This document shows positions 52,505 through 64,000 of a stretch of DNA of 64,000 bases, one piece after another; the stretch's first letter is position 1; the number at the start of each line of letters is the position of its first letter. The DNA comes from Octopus sinensis (Eukaryota). The translations under genes and the position numbers were made by a program. The stretch lies in assembly GCF_006345805.1 (NCBI RefSeq), contig NC_043008.1, positions 24,676,001-24,740,000 of the forward strand, in the 5' to 3' direction. Under the pieces are notes generated by a model that was given only the letters and a program-made list of their open reading frames with translations, was not told the origin of the DNA and made no database searches.

Positions 52505-52854
52505 TTCATTATTTATATTTGATGGATATTTGTCCTCATCTTGTTTGTTGTTAACACAACGTTTCGGCTGATACACCCTCCAGCCTTCATCAGGTGTCTT
52601 GGAGAAATTTCGAACCTGGGTTCTCTTTCCTAGGGTATTTTTCGGTGTAATTATTATTATTGTTGTTGTTATTCTTCTTCTTATTATTATTATCATTATT
52701 ATTATTATTATTGTTCACTGCCTGGAATCGAACTCGGAATTTTGGGGTTAGTAGCCCGCGTATTAACCACTACGCCAAGATGAGGACAAATATCTGTCAA
52801 ATGTAAATAATGCAAATAATGTACGTAATTCCTCATCTCTTAAATATAGAACTG
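52505..52854 (-). mobile_element. tRNA-headed SINE-like element carrying an HHR, with an inverted tail copy at the 5' end
   Basis: tRNA-like head at 52776-52713 (GGCGTAGTGGTTAA A-box, GTTCGATTC B-box), (TAA)n-like linker, HHR at 52598-52553, tail at 52542-52511, and an opposite-strand tail copy at 52777-52854. Confidence 0.75.
52553..52598 (-). ncRNA. minimal type I hammerhead ribozyme
   Basis: GACAC-CTGATGA-A-GGCTG gagggtgtat CAGCC-GAA-AC/GT-T-GTGTT. The core is intact, stems I and II are 5 bp, and stem III lies in the palindrome AACGTT. Confidence 0.82.
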
Positions 52855-53131
52855 TATTTCATTTCCTTTCCTGTGATCGCATTGACGCTTGACTTGTGAC
52901 ATCCCGTACACCTTCCAGGCAATGACTATCCGATGAAGCGACTGAGGAAATGTGCACCACAAATATTTGATCACACTAAACAATTCGTCTGTGCATATTG
53001 TTACGCGAGATTGCGGTACCGTCCTCTTCGTTTACAACAAGTGTCCACCAATACATACATAATACATACATACATACATACATACATACATACATGTATA
53101 TATACATATGTATATATATGTATATATATAT

Positions 53132-53212
<81 letters not shown>

Positions 53213-53304
53213 TATATAGTGGTTGTCTACTGTCAACTTAACGTGACAGTCCTGTAAGGGAATTGCACCACCGCTGTTTAGCCCTAGGAAGCATCGACGC
53301 TTCC

Positions 53305-53451
53305 TGTCGGCCTTGACACATTTCCTGTGTCCTTATATATTTACGAAGGGGAGACAAATACCCCCAACAGCTAGGCTTGCATCCCCCATTGGGGGTATTT
53401 GTCTCCCCTTCGTAAATTTATAAGGACACAGGAAATGTGTCAAGGCCGACA
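53305..53451. repeat. near-perfect hairpin: 62-bp arms, 1 mismatch, 23-nt loop
   Basis: 53305-53366 is the reverse complement of 53390-53451 except for one base. Confidence 0.95.
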
Positions 53452-53769
53452 CATGAAATCAGGACATGAAATATAAAAGCCGGACTAGACTACTTTATGC
53501 GCAACTCCATTGTCTCCCGAGACAGAAAGGATGCCAACAATATATATATATTTTTTTTTTTCGATTCGATTTAGAATCATTATTACTAGTATTGTTGTTA
53601 TACATACATACATACATACATACATACATACATACATACATACATACATACATACATGCATACATACAAGCATATGTAATGATAATAATAAGTGGATGTA
53701 AACACATGAACATATATTAACAGAAGATACAAATATTACAGGCATCCCCCCACATACACACACTAAATA

Positions 53770-54045
53770 AACATAAACGCACATAGAGATATAAACATGC
53801 GCAAATGAAGACATACAATAGAAATACAAAATGGCTGACGGTTAGTAAGGAGAGACACAAATAAGAAAGAAGAAAACAAAGGACCACTGATGCGGTCACA
53901 TGAGTGTGACGAAAGAACTCTGGCCGAAATAAGATTAAGATTAATGTAAAAATAAATAACACTGAAGCAAAGTAACACCAAATATATAGTGCGTGTGTTT
54001 TTATTGGCTAAACTGGCAACATGACCATTCCGAAATATAACAATT
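53770..54045 (+). mobile_element. solo PLE pLTR with HHR-like motif at 53881-53925
   Basis: Closely matches 62040-62320 (reverse) and 35740-35960. Motif GGACCA-CTGATGC-G-GTCACA tgag TGTGAC-GAA-AG aa CT-C-TGGCC. Confidence 0.8.
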
Positions 54046-54115
<70 letters not shown>

Positions 54116-54229
54116 AACATACACACACACATATAAGACGGTGTGTGTTTGTGTATATATGTGACAGGTCATTACTTGACTCCACATAAGATCAATATTT
54201 TTTATTCAATTTCTTTCACGCTTGGCACA

Positions 54230-57200
54230 TACAACACTTATGCTCTACGGATGGCTCTACACTCTTTAAAATTTTCGCTTATGGAGTAAGATGGAGTAAT
54301 GGGACTTCTAGTGAACGGTGACGATGTGGACCAGGGAGGTAACTCTTTGCGAAGTAACATTCAGAGGTTGATTGTTTCCATTATATTTGTATCCGTCACT
54401 ACACATTTTTGGCTGACAATCGGTGGATCGTACCCTACAACAAGATGCTCTGCAAAAAATGTCAATCACATATCAACGTCAAATTTTGTAATTCTGTCAG
54501 ATCCATATGTTACGTATGTAAGTACATTACCATAGGATCGGACAGAGTTGTTTTTCAAATAAAATCTACATGATCAACAGATTTTATAAATGAAGAAGTG
54601 ACTCTTTTCGAAACTGGACGCTACATATTCACGAAATAAGCCATATGAAGAACCTTAGGATTCCCAGTTCACGAATGATACCCTCCTATGATTCATCTCA
54701 ACGTTCATTAGGAAAATAGATAGCAAATTTACTTCACAGAAGACAACTTCATTCAAGAAGCATCTGCCCCACCGAAGACCACTCTCACGGCTTTCTTTCG
54801 CCTATGCAAAGATAACCGCTTCGTAAAATTCTATTTTATACTCTGATACACTACATTCTTATATAGGGAATCAATCATCTTCCTCGTAGCAACGACGAAA
54901 ATATGGTCGGCCTACACAGTTGGATCCAGCCGTGTACAAAGGCAACACAGTCAGACGTGTCTACACCGTTCACCATTTGAACTCCGAATACTTCCTTCTA
55001 CGGCTGTTATTTCATGTCATTAAGGGACCAACCTCCTTCAACGACCTTCGCACGGTGGACGGTCACTTTCAAAGATGGCTACTCCAAACGTGGACTTTTG
55101 GATACAGATGATCAATATGATAATGCACTCGAAGACGCCTCTCTTTCTCGTTCTCCGCACAAGCCCCGACACCGTTTGCAGTAATGCTGGTTTTCTGCAA
55201 ACTGATAAACGCTCATTCACTTTGGAATAAATACAAACATTCAATGTGCCATGACATTTTGCTGCAGACTCGTCAAATCACAGGTAACGTTGACACTCTC
55301 ACTACTCCTGCCATTTACAACAGAGGGCTTCTTTTGGAAGACTTGGTCATGGCAATTGGAGGCCAACGATTGGAAGCTTATTCTCTAAACACTCCAAACA
55401 GAAATGAAGACGCCTGTCCCAACTGCCTCATTCTCAGAGAAACATCCTACAACATCCACAAACTCAAACAGTACATTGCTGACAACGAGCCCTTTCTGAA
55501 TTCCGATCAAGCTGAAGTATACAATTTTGTCCTTGGAAACATCTACACACACACTAGCGGAATCATCTTATTAGACACACCCGGTGGAACTGAAAAAAAC
55601 ATTCCCTCCCTGAATCTTCTTGTGAAGTTGCAGCATAATGGTGACCTTGCTATTGCTGTTGCCTCCTCAGAAGTAGCGTCTTATCTTCTCGATGGGGACG
55701 AGCAACACACCATCCATTCAAATTGCCTTTCAATGTAGCACATCAAGAAAACCCCAAACCCAACTTCCAACATAATACATTCCTCAGACGAAGCAACAAT
55801 TTTGAAAAAGTGCAAACACATTGTTTGGGATGAGGGCAATTATGTACAATAAATGTTCCCTACAAGCAATTGATACCACAATGTGAGACGTTAGATCGAA
55901 CAACAACAGTCTTGGAGGTGCGACCCCATTTCTTGAAGGAGATTTTCATCAAATTAAAATGGACAAATTACGTCGGACGACAACGGATACATTGACACTA
56001 CCACCATGGGCCACACTGTCTCCAGCCCTGATGACTTATGTTCTGCCGTTCACCCAAATCTTACAACGGAAAACATAAAAGTAGATTGGCTTCGCGACAG
56101 AGCTGTTCTTGCACCTACAAATGCAGCTGTCCACACCCTTAACTACAACTTAGTCAGCTACTTTCTTAAGAACGTTGTTACAGATCAGTTGACACCGTGA
56201 CCGACCTCGACTAGGTTACACACTTTCCAACATAATATCTCAACTCTCAAGATCATCCGAGACTCCCTCTCCATGAATTTCACTTAAAATCTTCCTACGC
56301 AATCTAAACGTACCCACACTATACAATGGAACTTGAATTGTGGTCAAACAAATGACGGACCACGTCATTGAAGCACAAATTATCACAGGACACGGCAAGA
56401 ACGATACCGTTTTCATTTTTAAAATTCGCTAACACAAACAGTCTGCCCCTACACTATGCAGAGACTTCAATTCCCTCTCAAATTCATTTTCGCCATGACA
56501 ATTAAGAAAGCGAAAGGTCTGTCGCTGAAACTTGTCGGATTGAACCTTCGAACGTCGTGCTTTTCACATGGACAGTTCTACGTCGCTTGTGCCAGAGTTG
56601 GCCATTCATCAATGTTCCTGAAGGAAAAGCAAAAAGTGTCGTCTACAAAGCACCCATACATTAGTTATTCCTCTACTGCATTCTTCACATCTACACCAAA
56701 CTGTAGCCGTTAGCAATCAGACTTCCTCCAAACATTTCATTGACAGTGTGTTTCATTTCCATGATTGCTCTTAACAGTACATTACTTTTAATGACCCTCT
56801 TTACTTCACGCACGCTGTCCGCTCAAAAGCATGCGCTGACATTTATTTTTGTACATGACATTAGTCTATTTGTATGTTTGCTACAAATATTTGCTTTACT
56901 TTATCATACATGACTTTTATTGAAAAAAGCTTCAATGACGTGTCAAACATTACGAGAAAAATAAGTACATAATACACAAGGCTTCAAGTAAGATATAGGA
57001 TCCATAGTGACTACTGCCATTGCAATTTCATTACATGGACTTTCATTTATTACTAACTGCCAAATTTGTGTTCAAAACAATTTATTCATTACCTAAATTG
57101 CTTAGTACCATATCATAAACTGCCAACGAAAGTGGTAATTATATATTTTACACTTATTAACTTGAAACGACTTCTAACTGCGGGTTAATTCAACTTAAAC

Positions 57201-57262
57201 AAAACACAGGAGGGTACCATTATAATAAATTACACCGCCCAAAGGACGGGTGCATTTGCTGG
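54230..57262 (+). mobile_element. Helitron, 5'-truncated and decayed RepHel
   Basis: HINVKFCNSV, RLLFHVIKGPTSFNDLRTVDG, PGGT.K, AVLAPTN, QFPLKFIFAMTIKKAKG...FSHGQFYVACARV. The 3' hairpin CACCGCCC/GGGTG is followed by CTGG|T at 57259-57262. Confidence 0.9.
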
Positions 57263-57286
57263 TATGTATGTATCTATGTATGTATA

Positions 57287-57287
<1 letters not shown>

Positions 57288-57343
<56 letters not shown>

Positions 57344-57536
57344 CATTTAATTTTAATATGCATCGTTGTTACAGTCACTTGCCGAGGTAATGAAATATGT
57401 TCATTTAATATAACACAATCATTTAAATGGATAGTGTTTTTCTAAGGACGTAGGCAGGACTTGTCAGCACAATCTTCTTCTTCTTCTTCTTCTTCTTCTT
57501 CTTCTTCTTCTTCTTCTTCTTCTTCTTCTTCTTCTT

Positions 57537-57567
<31 letters not shown>

Positions 57568-57913
57568 GTCCCTGAATAAGGGTTGTTTAAAGATGTTGAA
57601 CAAAACACCCATTATTCCAGAAGTGAATTATTCAAACTCCAAGGAATTCCTTTCAACATATGGCTATGATGTTCCTCCACTACTTCTGTTCGCGATCAGA
57701 GGTGCACATATCCTTAGCCACTAGGGGACATGCTCAACTGGTTAAAGTCAAACAACTGGCAAGCAAAACTGTTGTATTGAGCAGAATATTTGGTGTAGGT
57801 CATCTTTATACCAAGACAAAACAATGGACATGATAGCATTTCTTGTCAGTTAAGATCAGAAGCCATGAGAGACAGTATCTCGTACTGTATCAGGGCTTTA
57901 TTATTATTATTAC

Positions 57914-57962
<49 letters not shown>

Positions 57963-57982
57963 TATTATTATATTATTATTAA

Positions 57983-58025
<43 letters not shown>

Positions 58026-58083
58026 ATTATTATTTATTATTATTATTATTAATTATTATTATTATATTATTATTATTATATTA

Positions 58084-58122
<39 letters not shown>

Positions 58123-58135
58123 TATTATTATTATT
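57288..58135. repeat. (TTA)n and (TTC)n microsatellites flanking an unclassified repeat fragment (57566-57898)
   Basis: (TTA)n at 57288-57343 and 57899-58135; (TTC)n at about 57474-57565. Confidence 0.85.
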
Positions 58136-61100
58136 CAGTAGTTTTATTTTTATAGCGTGCTTTCACTTCACTACCGAGCGCAGCTCTGTGTGCCTTGGGT
58201 ATGTGCTGTGATTTGTTGTGATGCTCTGATGATTATTGTATGGAAAGTGTTCTGCGTAGGATGTGTGCAGTGCCTAGTAGTGCAATTTTCTGTATGTTAT
58301 ATGTGTTTGTAAGTCCTGGTGTTTTTGTTATGTATTTGTCTGAATAATTTTTAATCATGCCTAATGCACCTACTATGATAGGAATTGTTTCTGTTTTCAG
58401 ATTCCACATTCTAGTTACCTCTATTTCCAGGTCTTTGTATTTTGAGAGTTTCTCCATTTCTTTTAGAGACACGTTGTCATCTGCCGGTATTGATACATCA
58501 ATTAGAAAGCATTTTTTTCTTCATGATCTCTGACAACTATATATGGTCTGTTGGCCTTAATTTCTCTATCTGTGTGTATCGGCATATCCCAGAGTATGGT
58601 TGCTTTCTCGTTTTCTGTGACCTTTTCTGGTGTGTGCCTATACCATCTTTTTTCTGTTGTTATTCCATAATGTTGGCATAGCTTCCAATGTATGTAGGTT
58701 CCAACACTGTCATGTCTGTGAATATATTCCTTCTTAGCCAGGACTGAGCAGCTAGAGATAATATGATTTATTGTTTCTTGTCCATCTCCACATATTCTGC
58801 AGTTACTTGTAATATTTCTTTTCATTACATGTTTTTGGTAATTTCTGGTGGGGAGGCTTTGGTCTTAAAAATCCCTCTGTTTTCTGCTTTGAGTCCTGAG
58901 CTTCTCAACCATTGCTGGGATTTTTCTTTGTCTATTTCTTTTGCGTTTAGTTTAGTGCAGTATTTACCATGAAGGGGCTTTTCTTGCCATCGTTTTATCA
59001 TGGCTCGTTGCTGTTCTATTTTTAGTTTGGATTTCATTTATTTTATAGCTTTTGTTGTTTCTTCATCATCTTCTTCTTCTTCTTCATGTTTATTAGGTGG
59101 TATGATTTCTTGTTTGTATTTGTCAGCTTCCTTAAATACTGAGAACAGTTTTTTGTTTTGCTCGTATTTTGCCTCTATCTGGATCAGTTTTCCTTCCTTC
59201 TGAAGTAGATATTTTTGCAGTCCTATGGTGGTTAGTTCATTTTGTGTCCAGTTAAGGATATTGTAGCTGTAACTTATAACTGGGACAGCTAAAGAGTTGA
59301 TACCTATTATCTTGTTTTTAGCATTGAGCTCTGTTTTTAGTCTTGATCTAACTCGTCTATAATATTCTTTTTTTATTTTCTCTTTCATTTGTGTGTGTTG
59401 TGTTTTATCTAGTTCATGGATTCCTAAGTATTTGTAAGTTTGGCTTTGGTCTAATTCTTTTATTTCATTGGTTTTATCTAGTGTGATGTTGTTACTCTTA
59501 ACTAGTTTTCCTCTTATCATGGTTACTTGGCGCATTTTTCTAATCCAAATTTCATATCTATTTCTTTGGTAAATCCATGAACTGTCTTTAATAGTGTTTC
59601 CAGCTGTTTGTCATTTGCAGCGTATAGTTTTATGTCATCAATATATAAAAGGTGGCTGATCGTTTTGCCGTATCATTTATATCCGCATTCAGTTCTATTT
59701 AGTATATCGGATAGATGTGACAGTGCCAAGCAGAAAAGGAGTGGAGAGAGCGTGTCTCCCTGGAAAATTCCTCTTCTAATGGGGGATGTCTTTGGTTTTC
59801 ATGAGTCCCTCTTTTGTTTGGAGGTGTAGGACTGTTTGCCATTTATTCATAGAGTGCTCTATGAATTTTATGATTGTTGGTGCTACTTTGTTAATGGCTA
59901 GTGTTTCGAGGATCCATGTGTGGGGGATGCTATCAACCGCCTTTTTGTAGTCAATCCAGGCCATACTGAGGCCTTTCTTCTTTCTGTGGCTGTCTTCAGT
60001 TATGGCTTTATTAATCATTAGTTGATCTTTACAGCCATATGAGCCTTTGCGGCATCCTTTCTGCTCTTCTGGGAACAGTTTGTTTTCGTCCAGGTGCTTG
60101 TTCAGCCTTTGTGATATCACTGCAGTAAATGCCTTGAACATAGTAGGGAGGCAGGTTATTGGTCTGTAGTTTTCTGGTTTTTCTGTTTCATTTGATTTGG
60201 GAATTAAGATGGTTTTCCCCTTCGTGAGCCATTCAGGCATTGTCTCTGGCTCTGCTAGTATGTTGTTAAAGTTTTCAGCCAGATTTTTGAGCATTCCTGT
60301 TAGATATTTCAACCAGAAGTTGGGGATCTTGTCATGCCCAGGTGCCTTCCAGTTGCTTAGTCTTTGCAGTGCCTGGGTGACCTCTTCAGTTGTTATGGGG
60401 GTCCAAAGTTGTTCAGATGCCGAGTTTGTTACTTTGATACTCCTTTTTTGGGGTTGTTCGTTCGCCGACCATATTTCTCTCCAGAATTCTTCCAATTCTT
60501 CTGCCGTTGGTGCTGCAGTGACTTCTATTTTATTTTTGCTCAGTTCTTGGTAGAACTTTTTGGGGTTGGAGTTGAACTTTTTGTTTTGTTCAAAGAAGCG
60601 TTGGCGTTTCTCGTACCGGCGGATCCTTTGTGCTTTGGCAAGGATATCTTGCTTCAGCTTTTCTTTTATCTCAGGCAAATCTTTCTCTGTGATGTTATAT
60701 TTGCGGAGTATTTTTGTTCTCTTTTTGTTGCTCAGTAGCGTTGATTGTTTGCTGATTTTATGAAGAATCGACAGGTCTTTTCTAATTTTTTTAATTTTGT
60801 TTTGGATGTTATTTATCCACAGGGTTTGTTTGGGTGGTGGTACTCCTGTTTGGGCGGGTTTGGGTGAGTATCCAGCTTCTTTTGTGGCTGCAGTGGCTGC
60901 TGCGTATATTAAGTCATTTAGCTCAGTGATATCACTTTTTTTTGTTTCAGTGGCTATTAGTTCAGTGACGGCTAGGTTTATGCTGTTTATAATTGGTGTT
61001 GTTATTTCGTTTATTTTGATTCTTGGTGGTCCATTTTGAGCTCTGTGGTTTTCAGTTCTTTGATTATTTTATTTTTTATATTATCATAATCATTAGGCTC

Positions 61101-61936
61101 CCCTTCGTTGTTTACATCGTGTTTGTTGGGAATGTTGCGTTTGTCTTCGTGTTTTACAGTTTCAGTGTTTATATTATTGGGCATTGTTGTGTGGCTTCTA
61201 TCTACATTTTCCTGGTGTATTTTTTCTTTTAGATGTTCTATTTCTATTTCTGATATTTTTTTTGTGCTGAGAATGTATCTTCGTACGTTAGCTAATTTAT
61301 TAGGGTTCATTGCTGTATCCAAGTCTATATCTCTATTATTTTCCTTCCATATTTTATATGTATGTGTTGTTGTATTTTCATCTTTTGGGTAGAACACTGC
61401 TGTGAAGTATGCGTGTAAGATAGAAAAGTATTCCTCACGTGTCCATTTACGTCTTTTGGGTTTTATTTGCGGGACATGAGGTACAACGTCCGGCCCATTA
61501 TTTTGACGGTCGTCATTTTCGTAGGGTACCGGTCCGTTTATTTCTGTTGTCACATTATTTCGCACGTGTAGTTTTTCGTACATTTTTTGTTGTAAGTTTA
61601 ATGTACGTACCGCTCTATTGTTATTCTTGGGTTGAATAGTATCGGTGGCATTTAATTTCTTCATAGTTCCTTTGTACATGGTGTTTGGGGTCGGGGATGA
61701 TCGTGATGTTCCACGCATGTTTACATGTGTTGTGTTAGAGGTGGAGATGATATCGAGTCAAAATACATCATTTCGTTTCGAAAATAGTAATAAATTTCAA
61801 TTAGTATTACTTACTCGGATACAGTCCAATTCTTTGTTAGTAAATCTTTGGCTCCATAGGATGTCCTTGTTTTCGATGTTTGTGGATAAATTTCGGAGCT
61901 CTGTATTTTCCTTCTTACATCTTAAACGTCCCCCGG

Positions 61937-61938
<2 letters not shown>
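58136..61938 (-). mobile_element. near full-length R4/Dong-clade non-LTR retrotransposon (RT + CCHC + restriction-like endonuclease) in (TAA)n
   Basis: RRKWTREEY...NKLANVRR, WKAPGHD, YRPITCLPT, EQKGC...GCKDQL, WIDYKKA.DS, GIFQGDTLSPLLF, YIDDIKL, CRICG...ETINHI.S.C, RHD.V, RP.IVV, LIDVSIP.D, K.SKY.DL. (TAA)n lies at both ends; several frameshifts. Confidence 0.93.
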
Positions 61939-61980
<42 letters not shown>

Positions 61981-61984
<4 letters not shown>

Positions 61985-64000
61985 GTTTATATATTTGTTT
62001 TGCAAGATTTCTTATGTGAAATCGCGTGTTGAAACAGATATTGTTGTATTTAGGAATGGCCATTTTGCCAGTTTAGCCAATAAAAACACACGCACTATAT
62101 ATTTGGTGTTACTTTGCTTCAGTGTTATTTATTTTTTACATTAATCTTAATCCTTTTTCGGACAGAGTTCTTTCGTCACACTCCTGTGACCGCATCAGCG
62201 GTCCTTTGCTTTCTTCTTTCTTATTTGTGTGTCTCTCCTTACTAACCGTCAGCCATTTTGTATTTCTATTGTATGTGTCTTCAAATGAAGACGCATGCGT
62301 ATATCTCTATGTGCGTCTATATCTGTTTCAACACACGATTTCACATCAAAAATCTTGCAAAACAAATATATAAACGTAAAAATGTGAGCCATAGCCAGGA
62401 TAGCAAGAAGCTGTAGGACACTGTATTCTGTTGCCTACGGAAAACCGTGACGACTCAACAGCTTCAGTTTATTAAACAATGTGTCTCCTCCAAAATATGC
62501 ATTAACACAGTCACATCCAGCGTTGAACGGCTTGACCTCATCAAAGGCCAAGGGGAAAAGATAAAAAGAACGCTGATGGTGAATATTAAAAACAAGCGAG
62601 CAAGAAAAACGCAAACGTATATTTTTAAGAGAAATTAAAAACATCACCAAACGAACAGAGAGAACCACACTTATGAATATAATATATGTAGAGAACAAAC
62701 ATATTATACACCAGTGCAATAGACACTTTAAAAAGAAATTGCCGTGGTTTAAAACATAAACATCATTATAAACTCGCAAAAGAAGAGAAACAGAAGTAAC
62801 TAAATAAAATAAACAGAATTATTATGGCAGATATCCCACTACCAGCAGAATTCAACAAGGACAATGAGGCAAACATCTATGGGGGAATAACAACGGTCCC
62901 AGACGAAATATTGATACTTCAACTACCAAAATATGCGATATATAAGGTGAATACCATCCAATGCCTATCTGAGATTGAAAAGTCGTTCACAAAAATACGT
63001 TGGAATTTAAAGATGCACAACGACAACAACACGAGTGACAACAACAACAATACGAACAAAAATAACAACACAGAAAACAACAACAATAACAACAACAACA
63101 ACACGAACAACAATAACCGCAGCAGCAACAACAGAAAAAATGAATGCATGAACACAAGCAACAGATACAAATACAAAAACATAAACAGAGAAAAAATCGT
63201 ACACTACAGCAACAACAACAAAACGGACACACAAACACACACACAGATAACCATAGTCACAAGGACACGAATAAAAATTGTGTCATGAGGGTCACGATGG
63301 AGATTGAAGTTGAATGCAACAGAATTCTTGGACAGGGAGTCAGTAGACTTGAAACAGAAAACACTACTCGTAAGAACAAAAATAACTACCACAACAGAGG
63401 GAATGGCAGGGACCAACAGACAGACATAAGAACCAACACTAATATGAACAACACATACACCAGAAACAGGAACAATGAGAATATCACTAGCGATAATCAG
63501 AATGATAGCAATAATGGCAGTGGTAGGAATAACAGTAATAGCAATAATGGTGGTAGTAGTAGTAGTGGTGGTGGTGGTAGTGTTGGTGGAAGTGGTGGTG
63601 GTAATAGTGGTGGTGGTAACAGTAGAAGTAGTAATGATGGTAGTAGTGATAGTTGTGGTGGTGATAGTAATAATAGTAGTAGTGGTGGTAATGATAGTGG
63701 TAATGGTGGCAGTAGTGGTGATAATAGTAGTGGTATTGATGATGGGAACAGTAACGACAGAAATAGTAGTAACAGTAATGAAGAAAATAACCCTAGAAGG
63801 GCCATTAACATGTATACCCACCCCTTTGACACTCAACTCTTCAACAAATGTGACAAATCTTACAACACGAAGCGGATTTACCCGACAACATTTCCTTCAA
63901 CAAAAGGGTCTACATCCCAAGACATACTAATGATGATATGGAAGCACAGTTCACTATAGCTAGGACCAGACTTAGACAGATTTTAGAACTATACACTAAG
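61981..64000 (+). mobile_element. 5' part of a PLE: inverted pLTR (61981-62320) followed by the ORF N-terminus; runs off the window
   Basis: 61981-62040 pairs with 62319-62379; an HHR-like motif lies on the minus strand at 62160-62204. CLSEIEKSFTKIRW and KSY.TKRIYPT match the N-terminus of the PLE at 3101-4380. Confidence 0.85.

Noticed and set aside
52713-52776. Functional tRNA gene
   Set aside because: The acceptor stem does not close, and the sequence continues into a repeat body; it is treated as a SINE head.
60197-60738. Plus-strand ORFs over the Dong element (and similar antisense ORFs over PLEs, e.g. 7501-7935 and 63204-63836)
   Set aside because: They are antisense to clear RT coding frames or to trinucleotide repeats.

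Overview
AT-rich, microsatellite-rich eukaryotic DNA. The SINE families look like those of an octopus-type cephalopod genome, which is my inference and was not checked by search. I recognise no intact host gene. The window is mostly transposable elements: at least ten Penelope-like element (PLE) copies or fragments, a near full-length R4/Dong-clade non-LTR element in a (TAA)n tract, a CR1/L2-like fragment, three Helitrons, hAT, mariner and maT/Tc1-like transposons, tRNA-derived SINEs and several long hairpins. The most notable signal is about ten hammerhead-ribozyme (HHR) motifs found by eye. One is nearly canonical (11035-11125), and one lies inside a short tRNA-headed, SINE-like element with a PLE-style inverted tail (52505-52854). 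A decayed minus-strand sequence with short, mutually similar GT-AG introns and a CpG-rich exon (about 39.6-44.3 kb) is unidentified. All motif calls and translations were made by hand, and element boundaries are approximate unless stated otherwise.
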